NCBI GenBank assembly: GCA_964635715.1
Contig: CAZWNZ010000001.1
Coordinates: 248,122 to 312,121 of the forward strand
DNA length: 64,000 nt
DNA from: an uncultured Gammaproteobacteria bacterium
Lineage (GTDB): Bacteria; Patescibacteriota; Microgenomatia; UBA8517
Direction: 5' to 3'
A program made the translations under genes and the position numbers. The notes beneath the pieces are model-generated. The model was given only the letters and a program-made list of their open reading frames with translations. It was not told the DNA's origin and ran no database searches. How positions within the stretch are numbered: position 1 is the stretch's first letter; every line of letters begins with the position of its first letter. This document shows positions 31,901 through 40,873 of this stretch, one piece after another.

Positions 31901-32333
31901 ATGGGGGATTTTTTGTGGGAAAATGCTATAATCGCCCTAATGACAATTGAATCTGATTTTTTGAGTTTTAAAGATCCTGAGAAGTTTGTTGCCTCGGTGC
32001 AAGTTAAACCTATTTGTGTAAAAGACGTTGTAAATGCGGCTTTGCAAAAAATTGTCAGAAAAGAAAATTGGCTAGAGAAAGATAACCACCCAGTAGCCTC
32101 CGAAAGTCCTATCCACGAAATTGAATATTAGGGTACGTACAAGGTCTGACCTTGTATGTATTATATTGCTCTGCGAGCTAGCTGAACCAGACCCAATCAT
32201 GACTCCGACAGATCCTGAAATTGAGACTCCAAAATGGGTAAAGCCGGAAGAAATTCCAAGCTATTTTACCTCCAATTTCGACCCCAAGGTTAAAAAGTTT
32301 TTGGATATTTAAAGAAACTAATCTGTGAGGAAC

Positions 32334-33074
32334 TTAAATTTCTGCTATTCCTTTTGTACTTCTCTCTTCTGAGGAAAGCTCCTTATATCTTTTATAGAGT
32401 TTTGGTGCGTGTTTCTTAACCTCTTTTAGTAATTGTTCGTATAATTTATAAACATTTTCTTCTTTCAGATATCCTTTCGAAAAAGCTTGTTTTAGAACAT
32501 CGTCAATTAATTTTGGATCCCTGTTAACGATTTTTTCACCCAAAATAGCAATCATGGAGAGCGGGCTTTTTGATTCTTTAACAGATTGCTCAAGTAAGTT
32601 GTAACCTTCGAGCATTCGGGATTGTGTTCTTTTTGCTTTATCACCAAAAAATACTATCAACTCTCGTGGAACGGAATACCCCCAAGGTGTGTCATTTGAG
32701 CTAATTTGGGTAAGATGAGATTCTGGGGTTGAATTCGGTTCATGTTCACCAGCAAGTTCACCTTCGTCTCTTTCTAAAGGTTGGTTGATCAGCCAATAAA
32801 GTTCAGGATTATGTTCAGCTGCTTCCATTTTGAAGATTTGCCTAGTCATAATGACGTCACCATATCTATCCCTTGCCTCCTCAGGGCCATTCCTTCGGAT
32901 AACTTTATCTTTGACTATGCAGCCTTCAGACCAAGCCATTCTATTAACTTGATTTTCAACAGGTTGATTAAAAAAATCTTGACCATTATCGCCCAAGAGC
33001 ACATTATCGCTCCATTTACGGTCATATCTTCGGTCTCCTCCATAACTTGCTTCAGTCATGCTTGTATTATACAA
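32334..33074 (-). CDS. hypothetical protein
   Basis: 246-aa ORF, acidic. Confidence 0.35.
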   Translation of the reverse strand: MYNTSMTEASYGGDRRYDRKWSDNVLLGDNGQDFFNQPVENQVNRMAWSEGCIVKDKVIRRNGPEEARDRYGDVIMTRQIFKMEAAEHNPELYWLINQPLERDEGELAGEHEPNSTPESHLTQISSNDTPWGYSVPRELIVFFGDKAKRTQSRMLEGYNLLEQSVKESKSPLSMIAILGEKIVNRDPKLIDDVLKQAFSKGYLKEENVYKLYEQLLKEVKKHAPKLYKRYKELSSEERSTKGIAEI

Positions 33075-33110
33075 CTTTTGTAAGGGTGGGGAATTTGGGG
33101 GGAAAAGAGT

Positions 33111-33671
33111 TTAAAAGCCGTTTTTCCTTTTGTAATCCAACCGTTTTATGAGTAAATTTTCGTTGTAGCCGCCCTCCCGTGTGTGTTTTTCTTCCAGTGC
33201 ATTCATTTGCCGATCAAGAAGATAGCCACAGCGAATAAGCAGATCTATCAGGTAGTTTACTGTGGTTTCTAATCCCTCTTTTCCTTCTAATCCTAAAACA
33301 GAAGGAATAGAGGTGGTAGATGGGTAGGGAGGATTAGGCGTTTCAAAGAACCGACGCAATTTAAAAAGCCGCCTGTCATTTTTGTTCCAGCGCGGTAGTT
33401 TTTCCCTTCGCAATATATCTTCAAAGTCTTCAAGTGCCTCCATTCCAGAGGATTTTGCTACATTATACAAGTTTAGCTTACGGCTCAAGCTTCTTTCGGA
33501 AGACCCTTCGACAATATTTTGCTTTAGGCTTCTTAGTGCCTGTTTAATTTAGTCTCTTTGTCTTCCATCTTCAACTCTCCCGTAGTATTTAGGGGTAAAA
33601 TCCCAGCCCAAATCAAAGGCTATTTGGGAAAGTTTATAGCTAATAAGCTCTTTATATCCGCTCTCAGCCAT
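33111..33671 (-). pseudogene. four-helix-bundle protein ('23S rRNA IVS protein' family) with a suffix domain, interrupted by one in-frame TAA at about 33550
   Basis: MAESGYKELISYKL...QNIVEGSSERS...LNLYNVAKSSGMEALE; a single frame runs from the ATG at 33671 to the stop at 33111, apart from TAA at codon 41. Confidence 0.45.
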
Positions 33672-33758
33672 AATTTATTTTATCATCCTAATTCATCTTG
33701 TCCTTCTAATCCTTCTGGGGTATAATACCCATACCAATAAGAAAGGTGGATATGATCA

Positions 33759-34880
33759 GTGACAACAAAATCAACTTCTAAAACAGAACCAACAATGGCT
33801 GAGCTCTTGGCTCGTGCCAAGAACAAAATTCAAAGGTTCACAAAAGGCCAAAGAGTTGAGGCAGTGGTTCTCTCCAAAACACCTTCCATGGTCATTTTTG
33901 ATATTGGTGGAAAAAGTGAAGGTTTAGTTAAAGAAAAAGGCTACACAGACGCAAAAGAGTTTATCGAAGGGCTAAAAATAGGGGATAAAGTTTCTGTTAC
34001 TATTTTAGTGCCTGAATCCCGCGATGGAACAATAGTACTAGGCCTTAAAGATGCCATGCATGACGTTTCTTGGGACAAACTTGAAGAAGCCAAAAAGTCT
34101 GGTGAGGCAGTTCCTGTTTTGGGTAAGGGAGTTGGAGCCCCCGGGTTTGTGGTTGAAGTAATGGGCATTGAAGGATTTATTCCAACCTCTCAAATGGGCA
34201 AGGAAATCACCGGAAATGCACAAAACTTGGTTGGAAAGTACTTCAAAGCCCGTGTTATGGAAGTTAATAAAATGGATAAAAAAGTAGTTCTTTCAGAGAA
34301 AGAAGTGTCAGAAGCAGGGGATATTGCCTTAACAAAAGAAGCATTAAAGAAGATTAAGGAAGGGGATGTTTTTGAGGGCGAAGTTAGCACGGTTGCAACT
34401 TTCGGGGCATTTGTTAAAATCGAAGTCCCTGTTGAAGTTAAACTAAAAACCAAAAGCCAAAAGCAAATAGCTGCCGTGGAAGGCCTTGTCCACGTTTCAG
34501 AGCTTTCATACTCCCGAGTCAATCTTCCGTCTGATGTCATTAAAGTCGGCGATAAGGTAAAAGTCAAAGTATTGGCAGCTCATGAAGGAAAATTGGCGTT
34601 TTCTATCAAGCAGGCTAAAGAAGATCCTTGGCTGGGAATTGAGAAGAAATTTAGGCCTGAGGAAAAAGTTTCCGGTAAAATTGTCAGAGTTTCTGACTTT
34701 GGATACTTTGTTGAACTTCTCTCTGGAGTTGAAGGACTTATTCATATTACCCAAGTTCCTCCTTCCATGAAGCTTGGGATTGGAGACGAAGTAAAGTGTA
34801 ATGTAGAAGAAGTCAATGTAAAAGACAAACGTATTGCTTTAGGTTTAGTTCTCACCTCAATTCCGCTCGGGTATAAATAA
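33759..34880 (+). CDS. rpsA: 30S ribosomal protein S1 (four S1 domains)
   Basis: Repeated S1 folds: GQRVEAVVLS..., GKYFKARVMEVN..., GDVFEGEVSTVATFGAFVKI, GKIVRVSDFGYFVEL. Confidence 0.7.
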   Translation: MTTKSTSKTEPTMAELLARAKNKIQRFTKGQRVEAVVLSKTPSMVIFDIGGKSEGLVKEKGYTDAKEFIEGLKIGDKVSVTILVPESRDGTIVLGLKDAMHDVSWDKLEEAKKSGEAVPVLGKGVGAPGFVVEVMGIEGFIPTSQMGKEITGNAQNLVGKYFKARVMEVNKMDKKVVLSEKEVSEAGDIALTKEALKKIKEGDVFEGEVSTVATFGAFVKIEVPVEVKLKTKSQKQIAAVEGLVHVSELSYSRVNLPSDVIKVGDKVKVKVLAAHEGKLAFSIKQAKEDPWLGIEKKFRPEEKVSGKIVRVSDFGYFVELLSGVEGLIHITQVPPSMKLGIGDEVKCNVEEVNVKDKRIALGLVLTSIPLGYK

Positions 34881-34887
34881 GATTTAT

Positions 34888-35202
34888 TTGACAATTCCTT
34901 TTTCGTATTATTTAATGTGCCTGATGACTGAAGGGGAAAACAATAAAGACGAAACACCTCGACTGGATTATTTTGTAAATAATCACTATTTGGAAATATC
35001 AAGACGGCCACAGGAGGAGATTGATGAATTCAAACAATTAGTTTTGCAGTTTATGCAAGTAACACAAAAACTTGCTCGATTTTTACACCCTGATAATACA
35101 AGCAGGTCAATAGATTCTTTTGAAAAATTATTTAAATTCCCCCTGGATGTTCTAACTTCGATTGTGAGAAAAATAAACGAGTCGAAAGAAATGAATAAAT
35201 AA
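34888..35202 (+). CDS. hypothetical protein
   Basis: 104-aa ORF. Confidence 0.25.
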   Translation: MTIPFSYYLMCLMTEGENNKDETPRLDYFVNNHYLEISRRPQEEIDEFKQLVLQFMQVTQKLARFLHPDNTSRSIDSFEKLFKFPLDVLTSIVRKINESKEMNK

Positions 35203-35534
35203 AATTTGACTTCTTTCTTCCTAAATTGTATAAAACTATATGGCTGGAATCGAAATTCCACGAATAAATGATGATAGAATAATATTCCCAGAGGGAACCC
35301 AGAAAGGGAATGTCAAGATTTACTGCGGAACCTGTCCATTAAATATTGACTGTCACGGTTATGATTCAAAAGGATTTGCAGAGATAGATAGGCCTCGCAA
35401 TATCAACCGCGGCCAATCACTTGCTACCTACATAGAGGAAAACGCTTCTTGCATAAAACAATAATATTTCTTGATAAAATATTCAATATTAATATTGGTA
35501 CTTATTGGTATTTATTGGTATTATTGCCTTAATG

Positions 35535-36971
35535 GCATTTCACTCAAAATACGTTTGTCAGCAATGCGGTTATGAATCTACAGGCTGGATGGGCAAATGC
35601 CCCGAGTGCGGAACATGGAATTCTCTTGTTGAAACGGTAGTTGAAACAAATTCCAACTCACAATCTCCAAGTTCCAAAAAATTTTCAAATTCCAAATCAC
35701 AAACTATCAAACTTTCCGATATCAAATCTTCATCAATTAAGCGTATTTCGACCAATATTTCGGAACTGGATAGGGTACTTGGTGGGGGTTTAGTTCCCGG
35801 ACAAGCTGTTCTTATTGCAGGAGAACCGGGGATCGGCAAGTCTACTCTTCTTACCCAATTAGCAGCAGAGTTGTCAGTCGGAGTTAGTCAAAGTCGGTCG
35901 GCTGAGCCGTTAGTTAAAACTAGTCAGAAGTTAGCCAAAGTTAGCTATGATACTAACCGCGCTAGCGGACCAACTATGACTAATTTTAACCGAAAAACCG
36001 TTCTCTATGTTTGTGGTGAAGAATCATCCTCGCAGGTTGCTGTGAGAGCCAAAAGGCTAGGTGTAAAAGGTGAAAGTATAGAACTTTTAGAAGAGACTGA
36101 TGTTGATAGTGTGATCAATCAGCTATCAACAATTAACAATCAACTATCCGCTGTTATTGTTGATTCTATTCAAACTATGACTACAGGTGATTTAACGGGG
36201 ATGGCAGGAAGTGTTGGACAAGTACGAGAGTGTGCGTTTCGGTTGCTTAAAGCCGCCAAAGAGAAAAACATTCCTTTATTCCTGGTAGGGCATGTTACCA
36301 AAGAAGGAACGGTGGCCGGCCCTGCGGTACTGGCCCACATTGTTGACACAGTACTCTGGTTTGAAGGAGACAAGACTTTAACCACACGCATTTTGAGGGC
36401 CGTTAAAAATAGGTTTGGCCCCACAGATGAGGTTGGGGTATTTGAGATGGTAGATAGCGGATTAAAACCAATGGATAATATATCAAAAGCCTTTTTGGAG
36501 AAAGGTAAAAAGCAAGTTTCCGGAAGTATTGTGACGTCAGTTTTGCAGGGAACCCGCCCAATTTTAGTTGAAATTCAGGCTTTGGTTGTACCCACAAAAC
36601 TGGCCTTTCCGCGCCGTATTGCGCAAGGAATTGACTCAAGACGATTGGAACTCCTTTTGGCAGTATTAACAAGGCGCTCCGGACTCCCGCTTTATGATAG
36701 TGATGTTTTTATAAATGTTGCGGGAGGTTTCAAAATCATGGAGCCCGCGAGTGATTTGGCAATTTGTATCGCAATTGCCTCTGCTTTTTATGATAAACCC
36801 CTGTCCGGTAATATTATTGCGGTTGGGGAAGTAGGGCTTTTGGGAGAAATCCGGGAGGTAGTTGCAGAGGAAAAACGCATTAAGGAAGCTAAACGCTTAG
36901 GTTTTACTGAGGCTGTTTCCTCAAAAAATTTTGGATATCTTAGTCAAGTTGTGAATCGGTTGCTGAAGTAG
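35535..36971 (+). CDS. radA: DNA repair protein RadA/Sms carrying a ~40-aa in-frame insertion after Walker A
   Basis: Zinc finger CQQCGY...CPECGTW, Walker A GEPGIGKST, KNRFG motif, Lon-like C-terminal domain. Confidence 0.9.
   Translation, partial: AFHSKYVCQQCGYESTGWMGKCPECGTWNSLVETVVETNSNSQSPSSKKFSNSKSQTIKLSDIKSSSIKRISTNISELDRVLGGGLVPGQAVLIAGEPGIGKSTLLTQLAAELSVGVSQSRSAEPLVKTSQKLAKVSYDTNRASGPTMTNFNRKTVLYVCGEESSSQVAVRAKRLGVKGESIELLEETDVDSVINQLSTINNQLSAVIVDSIQTMTTGDLTGMAGSVGQVRECAFRLLKAAKEKNIPLFLVGHVTKEGTVAGPAVLAHIVDTVLWFEGDKTLTTRILRAVKNRFGPTDEVGVFEMVDSGLKPMDNISKAFLEKGKKQVSGSIVTSVLQGTRPILVEIQALVVPTKLAFPRRIAQGIDSRRLELLLAVLTRRSGLPLYDSDVFINVAGGFKIMEPASDLAICIAIASAFYDKPLSGNIIAVGEVGLLGEIREVVAEEKRIKEAKRLGFTEAVSSKNFGYLSQVVNRLLK
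35872..35992 (+). repeat. MITE-like repeat element inserted in-frame within radA
   Basis: gtcagtcggagttagtcaaagtcgg ... actaaccgcgctagcggaccaactatgactaattttaacc; near-identical copies at 44138-44215. Confidence 0.55.
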
Positions 36972-37497
36972 TGTTTTTGTCATAAAAACATCTAGTCATT
37001 ACCTCTGCATTTTCTGAGTATCCACTTAAGCATCCATATTCACGAGCCAAGGTTCCACCTTTGTCATAGCTTATTATTTTGGTTCCTACTGCTATTCCTA
37101 TGGCTATGGCAGAATTCATTTCATCGGCTCCGTAAACGCTGATAACTAAATCATCAATATGTATAGCTCCGTCGTGCTTTGGAAGTTCGTTATTCGGTTT
37201 ATTGAGTGAATCGCACCGTTCCAGATCCTGCCTCTGCGAATATGCATGTAATAAAGCCATGCGTTTTGAACTTTCACTGACGTTTTCTCCAATTTCCTCA
37301 GTTTTTATAAATGCTGAATTTTTCCAGGTAATAGATACGGCAAAGTTAATGCCATGAAATTTTGGCAGAGAATCAAGTGAATCACGTACAACTCGTGCCG
37401 AACCGACAATGTTATTGGCAAGAAACTTTTTCTCTTTAGATATTGTTTTTGATTTTTCAAAAGATAAGTTTTCCAACCCAAATATCTCTTTAAACAT
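36940..37497 (-). CDS. hypothetical protein
   Basis: 185-aa ORF; overlaps the radA 3' end. Confidence 0.3.
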   Translation of the reverse strand: MFKEIFGLENLSFEKSKTISKEKKFLANNIVGSARVVRDSLDSLPKFHGINFAVSITWKNSAFIKTEEIGENVSESSKRMALLHAYSQRQDLERCDSLNKPNNELPKHDGAIHIDDLVISVYGADEMNSAIAIGIAVGTKIISYDKGGTLAREYGCLSGYSENAEVMTRCFYDKNTTSATDSQLD

Positions 37498-37640
37498 ACT
37501 TGTATTATATTCTATAGTGTCAATATTAACAAGTTATCCACATTTATTTTTGAGGAATTTTTTTGCCCGAAAATACGGAATGAAAGCTAGTTAAAAAAAC
37601 TATGGGGAAGTATATTTTATAGTATATTTACGTTATAGGG

Positions 37641-37670
37641 TTTGACAAATTTGACAGCGGGGTGTAACAT
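37641..37670 (+). promoter_or_regulatory. putative promoter TTGACA-17-TAACAT
   Basis: Motif spacing; followed by ~660 nt lacking ORFs before the sortase gene. Confidence 0.35.
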
Positions 37671-38335
37671 TTCTTTGAACCTTGAAAATTAAGGGAGGAT
37701 ACCCGTCCTGACCTTACCGTTCGCCTTCAGGTACTATTCGTACACGGCCCACGGAGCAGTTTCAGGAGGGTTTCACAAATTGCTGAAGCTAATTTTGGCA
37801 ATTTGCTCAAAAAAAGAGCATCGCCATCGTTGGGTTCTCCTCTAAAATAACCTTAGCGGAACTCGCCACGAGTAGAGATGCTCTTTCAATTACTTAACCA
37901 GACCTTTCGTAAAAAATGTCTGGACATGGGATTTGTCTTGCGGACAGGAAACTTTACTAACAATCAAGACAAATCGTAATCAGACTAAAACGATTATCAT
38001 GGCTTGTCAAGCCCCTTTGAGTGGCAAAATTGGCTTTGGTAGGGACGGGTGGAATATAAGCGAAGCTTGGCACTGAGCGCATAGCGCTCATTGTAGGGCA
38101 AAAAAAAGAGAGCGCTTTGTTCTGGATTTGAGGGACGGGTGGAATTTAGGGCAGGAATTCTACCCGCTCCTCAAGCTTAGAATGGGCGCTCTTTTTTTGC
38201 GGAATTCTACATAGATCCTATGACAGGATTCAAGAGCACTCGCAATTCATTGCGAGGATGAATTGAACGCTGACAGGCGTTCTAACCAGAACGCCATTGG
38301 AGCCGATTTTTTGTGATTAAATTAATATAATCAAC

Positions 38336-39022
38336 ATGTCTGGATACAATTTTATAAATTTGATAGAAGGCATAACTCCCCAAGAGGTTAATGTTGTTGC
38401 GGCTTCAAAAAAGGAAGATACAGAGCCCAAAAAAAAGCGTTTTTCAATAAAATTGACCAAGATGCTGGCTTTAATTGGTATTGCTATTTTGTTGATTTAT
38501 TTTGCTCCGATAGTATTTAATTTTATTAAATACAGACTTTCCAACAACGAAGTTAATAAGCTTACCGAGGCGGCTCAAAACGCCACAGAAAGAGCCTTGC
38601 CGCCTCCGGACCCAACTCTGCCCAAAACCAACCGTTTGTCCATCCCTTCAATTGGTGTGGATACGGAGATAGAGGAGTCGACCTACGACAATTACGAGAC
38701 AGCACTCAGGAAGGGGGTCTGGAGAGTATCCAATTTTGGTGAACCTGACATAACAGGGGCTCCGATTATTCTAGCTGCTCACAGGTTCGGATATCTGGCT
38801 TGGACTAATTCATACAGGCACTATAACTCTTTTTACAACCTACCAAAAGTTAAAGAGGGAGATATTGTTACCATAGCCTGGGAGCAAAGGGAGTATAGAT
38901 ACGGTGTTTATAAAACTGAGCAGGGCGAGGAAATTACCGATTACTCAGCTGATCTTATTCTTTATACATGCGAAAGCTTAAGTGGTAGTGAGAGGATTTT
39001 TGTATACGCAAAACTGATTTAG
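38336..39022 (+). CDS. sortase (cysteine transpeptidase)
   Basis: N-terminal TM; catalytic His in ILAAHRFGY; TLxTC motif LILYTCESL; RLSIPSIGVDTEIEE beta-strand signature. Confidence 0.75.
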   Translation: MSGYNFINLIEGITPQEVNVVAASKKEDTEPKKKRFSIKLTKMLALIGIAILLIYFAPIVFNFIKYRLSNNEVNKLTEAAQNATERALPPPDPTLPKTNRLSIPSIGVDTEIEESTYDNYETALRKGVWRVSNFGEPDITGAPIILAAHRFGYLAWTNSYRHYNSFYNLPKVKEGDIVTIAWEQREYRYGVYKTEQGEEITDYSADLILYTCESLSGSERIFVYAKLI

Positions 39023-39049
39023 TCCTGTAGTATTGACAAAATAATAATT

Positions 39050-39310
39050 ATGAGATACAATGCAGCCCTGATGAAAAAGTTAATAGCGATAGTACTTAGT
39101 ACTATGTACTTAGTACTTGGCGCAAACACAGTCAAAGCTGAAGACACAGTTACCGTCTGCACCCAGTATTACGGGGGCGGAGTTGTTTGTGGAGTTCACA
39201 CCCCTGTTGAAACCGGCATTGCAGACAACATTCCTCTTATAGCTTCAGGTTTTCTTGGCGCCAGCGGCGTTCTTGCATACTTGTCAAGAAAATTCAAAAA
39301 AACCGAATAA
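39050..39310 (+). CDS. small secreted sortase-substrate-like protein
   Basis: Signal peptide; C-terminal TPVETG, then a hydrophobic segment, then SRKFKKTE. Confidence 0.45.
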   Translation: MRYNAALMKKLIAIVLSTMYLVLGANTVKAEDTVTVCTQYYGGGVVCGVHTPVETGIADNIPLIASGFLGASGVLAYLSRKFKKTE

Positions 39311-39410
39311 GTAGTTAGTTAGAATCAGTCGAAGTTGGTCAAAGTTAGAGATTTGCTCTAACCAATTTCAACCAACTCCGACCAGTTTTAACTAAAAACT
39401 AAAACTAGGG
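39311..39410. repeat. palindromic copy of the MITE-like element
   Basis: gtcgaagttggtcaaagttagag and its reverse complement ctctaaccaatttcaaccaactccgac. Confidence 0.5.
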
Positions 39411-39672
39411 TTCTTTAACAAATCGAGGCAAAGCAAAGCGGAGTCCCTCTATAATTTTGGCACAAAGCGTGAACGAATAGTTCCAAAAAGCTGAGTGCGA
39501 AAATATGTGGGACAAAATTCTTTGGCAGATTATTAATCTGACGGTGAGATTCTGAAAATTAGAAGCTTAAGTTATTTTTTATTTTTCGTGTTTAGTTTTC
39601 AGACACTCACCGTTAGGTGGGTTCTCTGGCCAGAGAAATTTTATTTCAATCACACAAATAAGGAGGTGTGAG

Positions 39673-40725
39673 ATGAAAAAGACACTCTTTTTCATTTTTG
39701 TAATTCTTGTATTGGTTTCGAGTGCATCCTGCACTCAATCTGCAACCAAAACACAAGTTGCAGATATTGGTATTGACAGGGAAGCAACCGTTGTTCTAAC
39801 AGAAGTTGTTGAGGCAACGGAAGCACCCGCTACAAGTGAACCGGCAGCTGTAAATACAGAATCGGTTGTATACACCGTACCCAAGAACGCGATTCCTTTA
39901 ATAGATGGAAAGATAGGAGCTGTAAAAGGTTTCTTCTACGTTCTGAATAAGGAAGATCCGTATACCGCCGAATATCCATACCAGTCGCTCGTTATGATCA
40001 CTCTTGGCAACGGCAAGATCGAGATCGGAAAATACAGCGAAGCACTCACCGCCAGCGAAACTGAAGGCAATATTTTTGCAGATGTTTGCGCTGAGGTAGG
40101 CGGTTGCTCGGCTGTCATCTCCGGCTATACCGCTGGGCATGTTGGTATCACCGTCATTTTCGCCGGGTATGAAAACCCTGACGACTCATTGATTGGTGGT
40201 ATCAAAAATATGTTTGAACCCAGCAATTGCGGCGGATCGGGATGCAACACAATTTTTGCTCATAACATAAAAGGCAATGCATTAACCTTCGAAAAGAAGG
40301 CCAATGTCGTCGTAGCAAAATTCCTGACCCCGGCCGAATCGCCGTATGCAAGCGTCAATTTCAGATATGATGGTGTTCCTTCGGGAGCAATCGTCATACG
40401 GGATGATGCTAAAAACATCATCGGCCACGAGTATTTTCTGACCGATAAGGACGCATTCGTTTCTGTTCCTGAGGGCGGTGGCACTCTTATCTATTGCGGT
40501 GCAAAAGCCACAATTGACGATGTAAATTGCCCAGCGGGAACAGCGATGCTCTTTAAGGGCATAAAATCTGATGGTGCTACACCCTCAGATTTAAACTACA
40601 CGATTAATCTCGTGACCACTGACTCTTCAGCAATCCGGGTTGTGATGATCTACGCTGCTGAATCGTTCGAAGGTCAAATCGCCCAGTTTAAGGCGCAATA
40701 TCCTGACTGGGACTGGCCAGAGTAA
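39673..40725 (+). CDS. putative lipoprotein / secreted protein
   Basis: Signal peptide with a lipobox-like LVSSASC. Confidence 0.4.
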   Translation: MKKTLFFIFVILVLVSSASCTQSATKTQVADIGIDREATVVLTEVVEATEAPATSEPAAVNTESVVYTVPKNAIPLIDGKIGAVKGFFYVLNKEDPYTAEYPYQSLVMITLGNGKIEIGKYSEALTASETEGNIFADVCAEVGGCSAVISGYTAGHVGITVIFAGYENPDDSLIGGIKNMFEPSNCGGSGCNTIFAHNIKGNALTFEKKANVVVAKFLTPAESPYASVNFRYDGVPSGAIVIRDDAKNIIGHEYFLTDKDAFVSVPEGGGTLIYCGAKATIDDVNCPAGTAMLFKGIKSDGATPSDLNYTINLVTTDSSAIRVVMIYAAESFEGQIAQFKAQYPDWDWPE

Positions 40726-40873
40726 TAAAGTAACAAATGTTTGCCTCGATTAGGCCCTGCTTAAGCATTTTGCTTTTTCTTTCACCGTTTTGGTGTTTGA
40801 TTAAGTAATTTGTTTTTGCAGGGCCGTTCGACTTAGCGAATAATTTCACTTATTATTAATTAAGTCGAACGAA

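Noticed and set aside
33111-33671. Alternative genetic code (stop-codon reassignment) to explain the in-frame TAA
   Set aside because: TAA, TAG and TGA all terminate well-conserved genes in this window (for example TGA ends 8374-9459, TAG ends radA-adjacent genes, and TAA ends this same ORF). A nonsense mutation or pseudogene is more parsimonious.
37680-38212. RNase P RNA, SRP RNA or tmRNA in the long ORF-free region
   Set aside because: I could not find the P4 GGAAAGUCCGG / ACAGAA..CCGGCUUA blocks, the SRP AGGUCAGG...GGAAG..AGCAGCC block or a tmRNA T-arm/CCA end. It is kept only as an unclassified candidate structured RNA.
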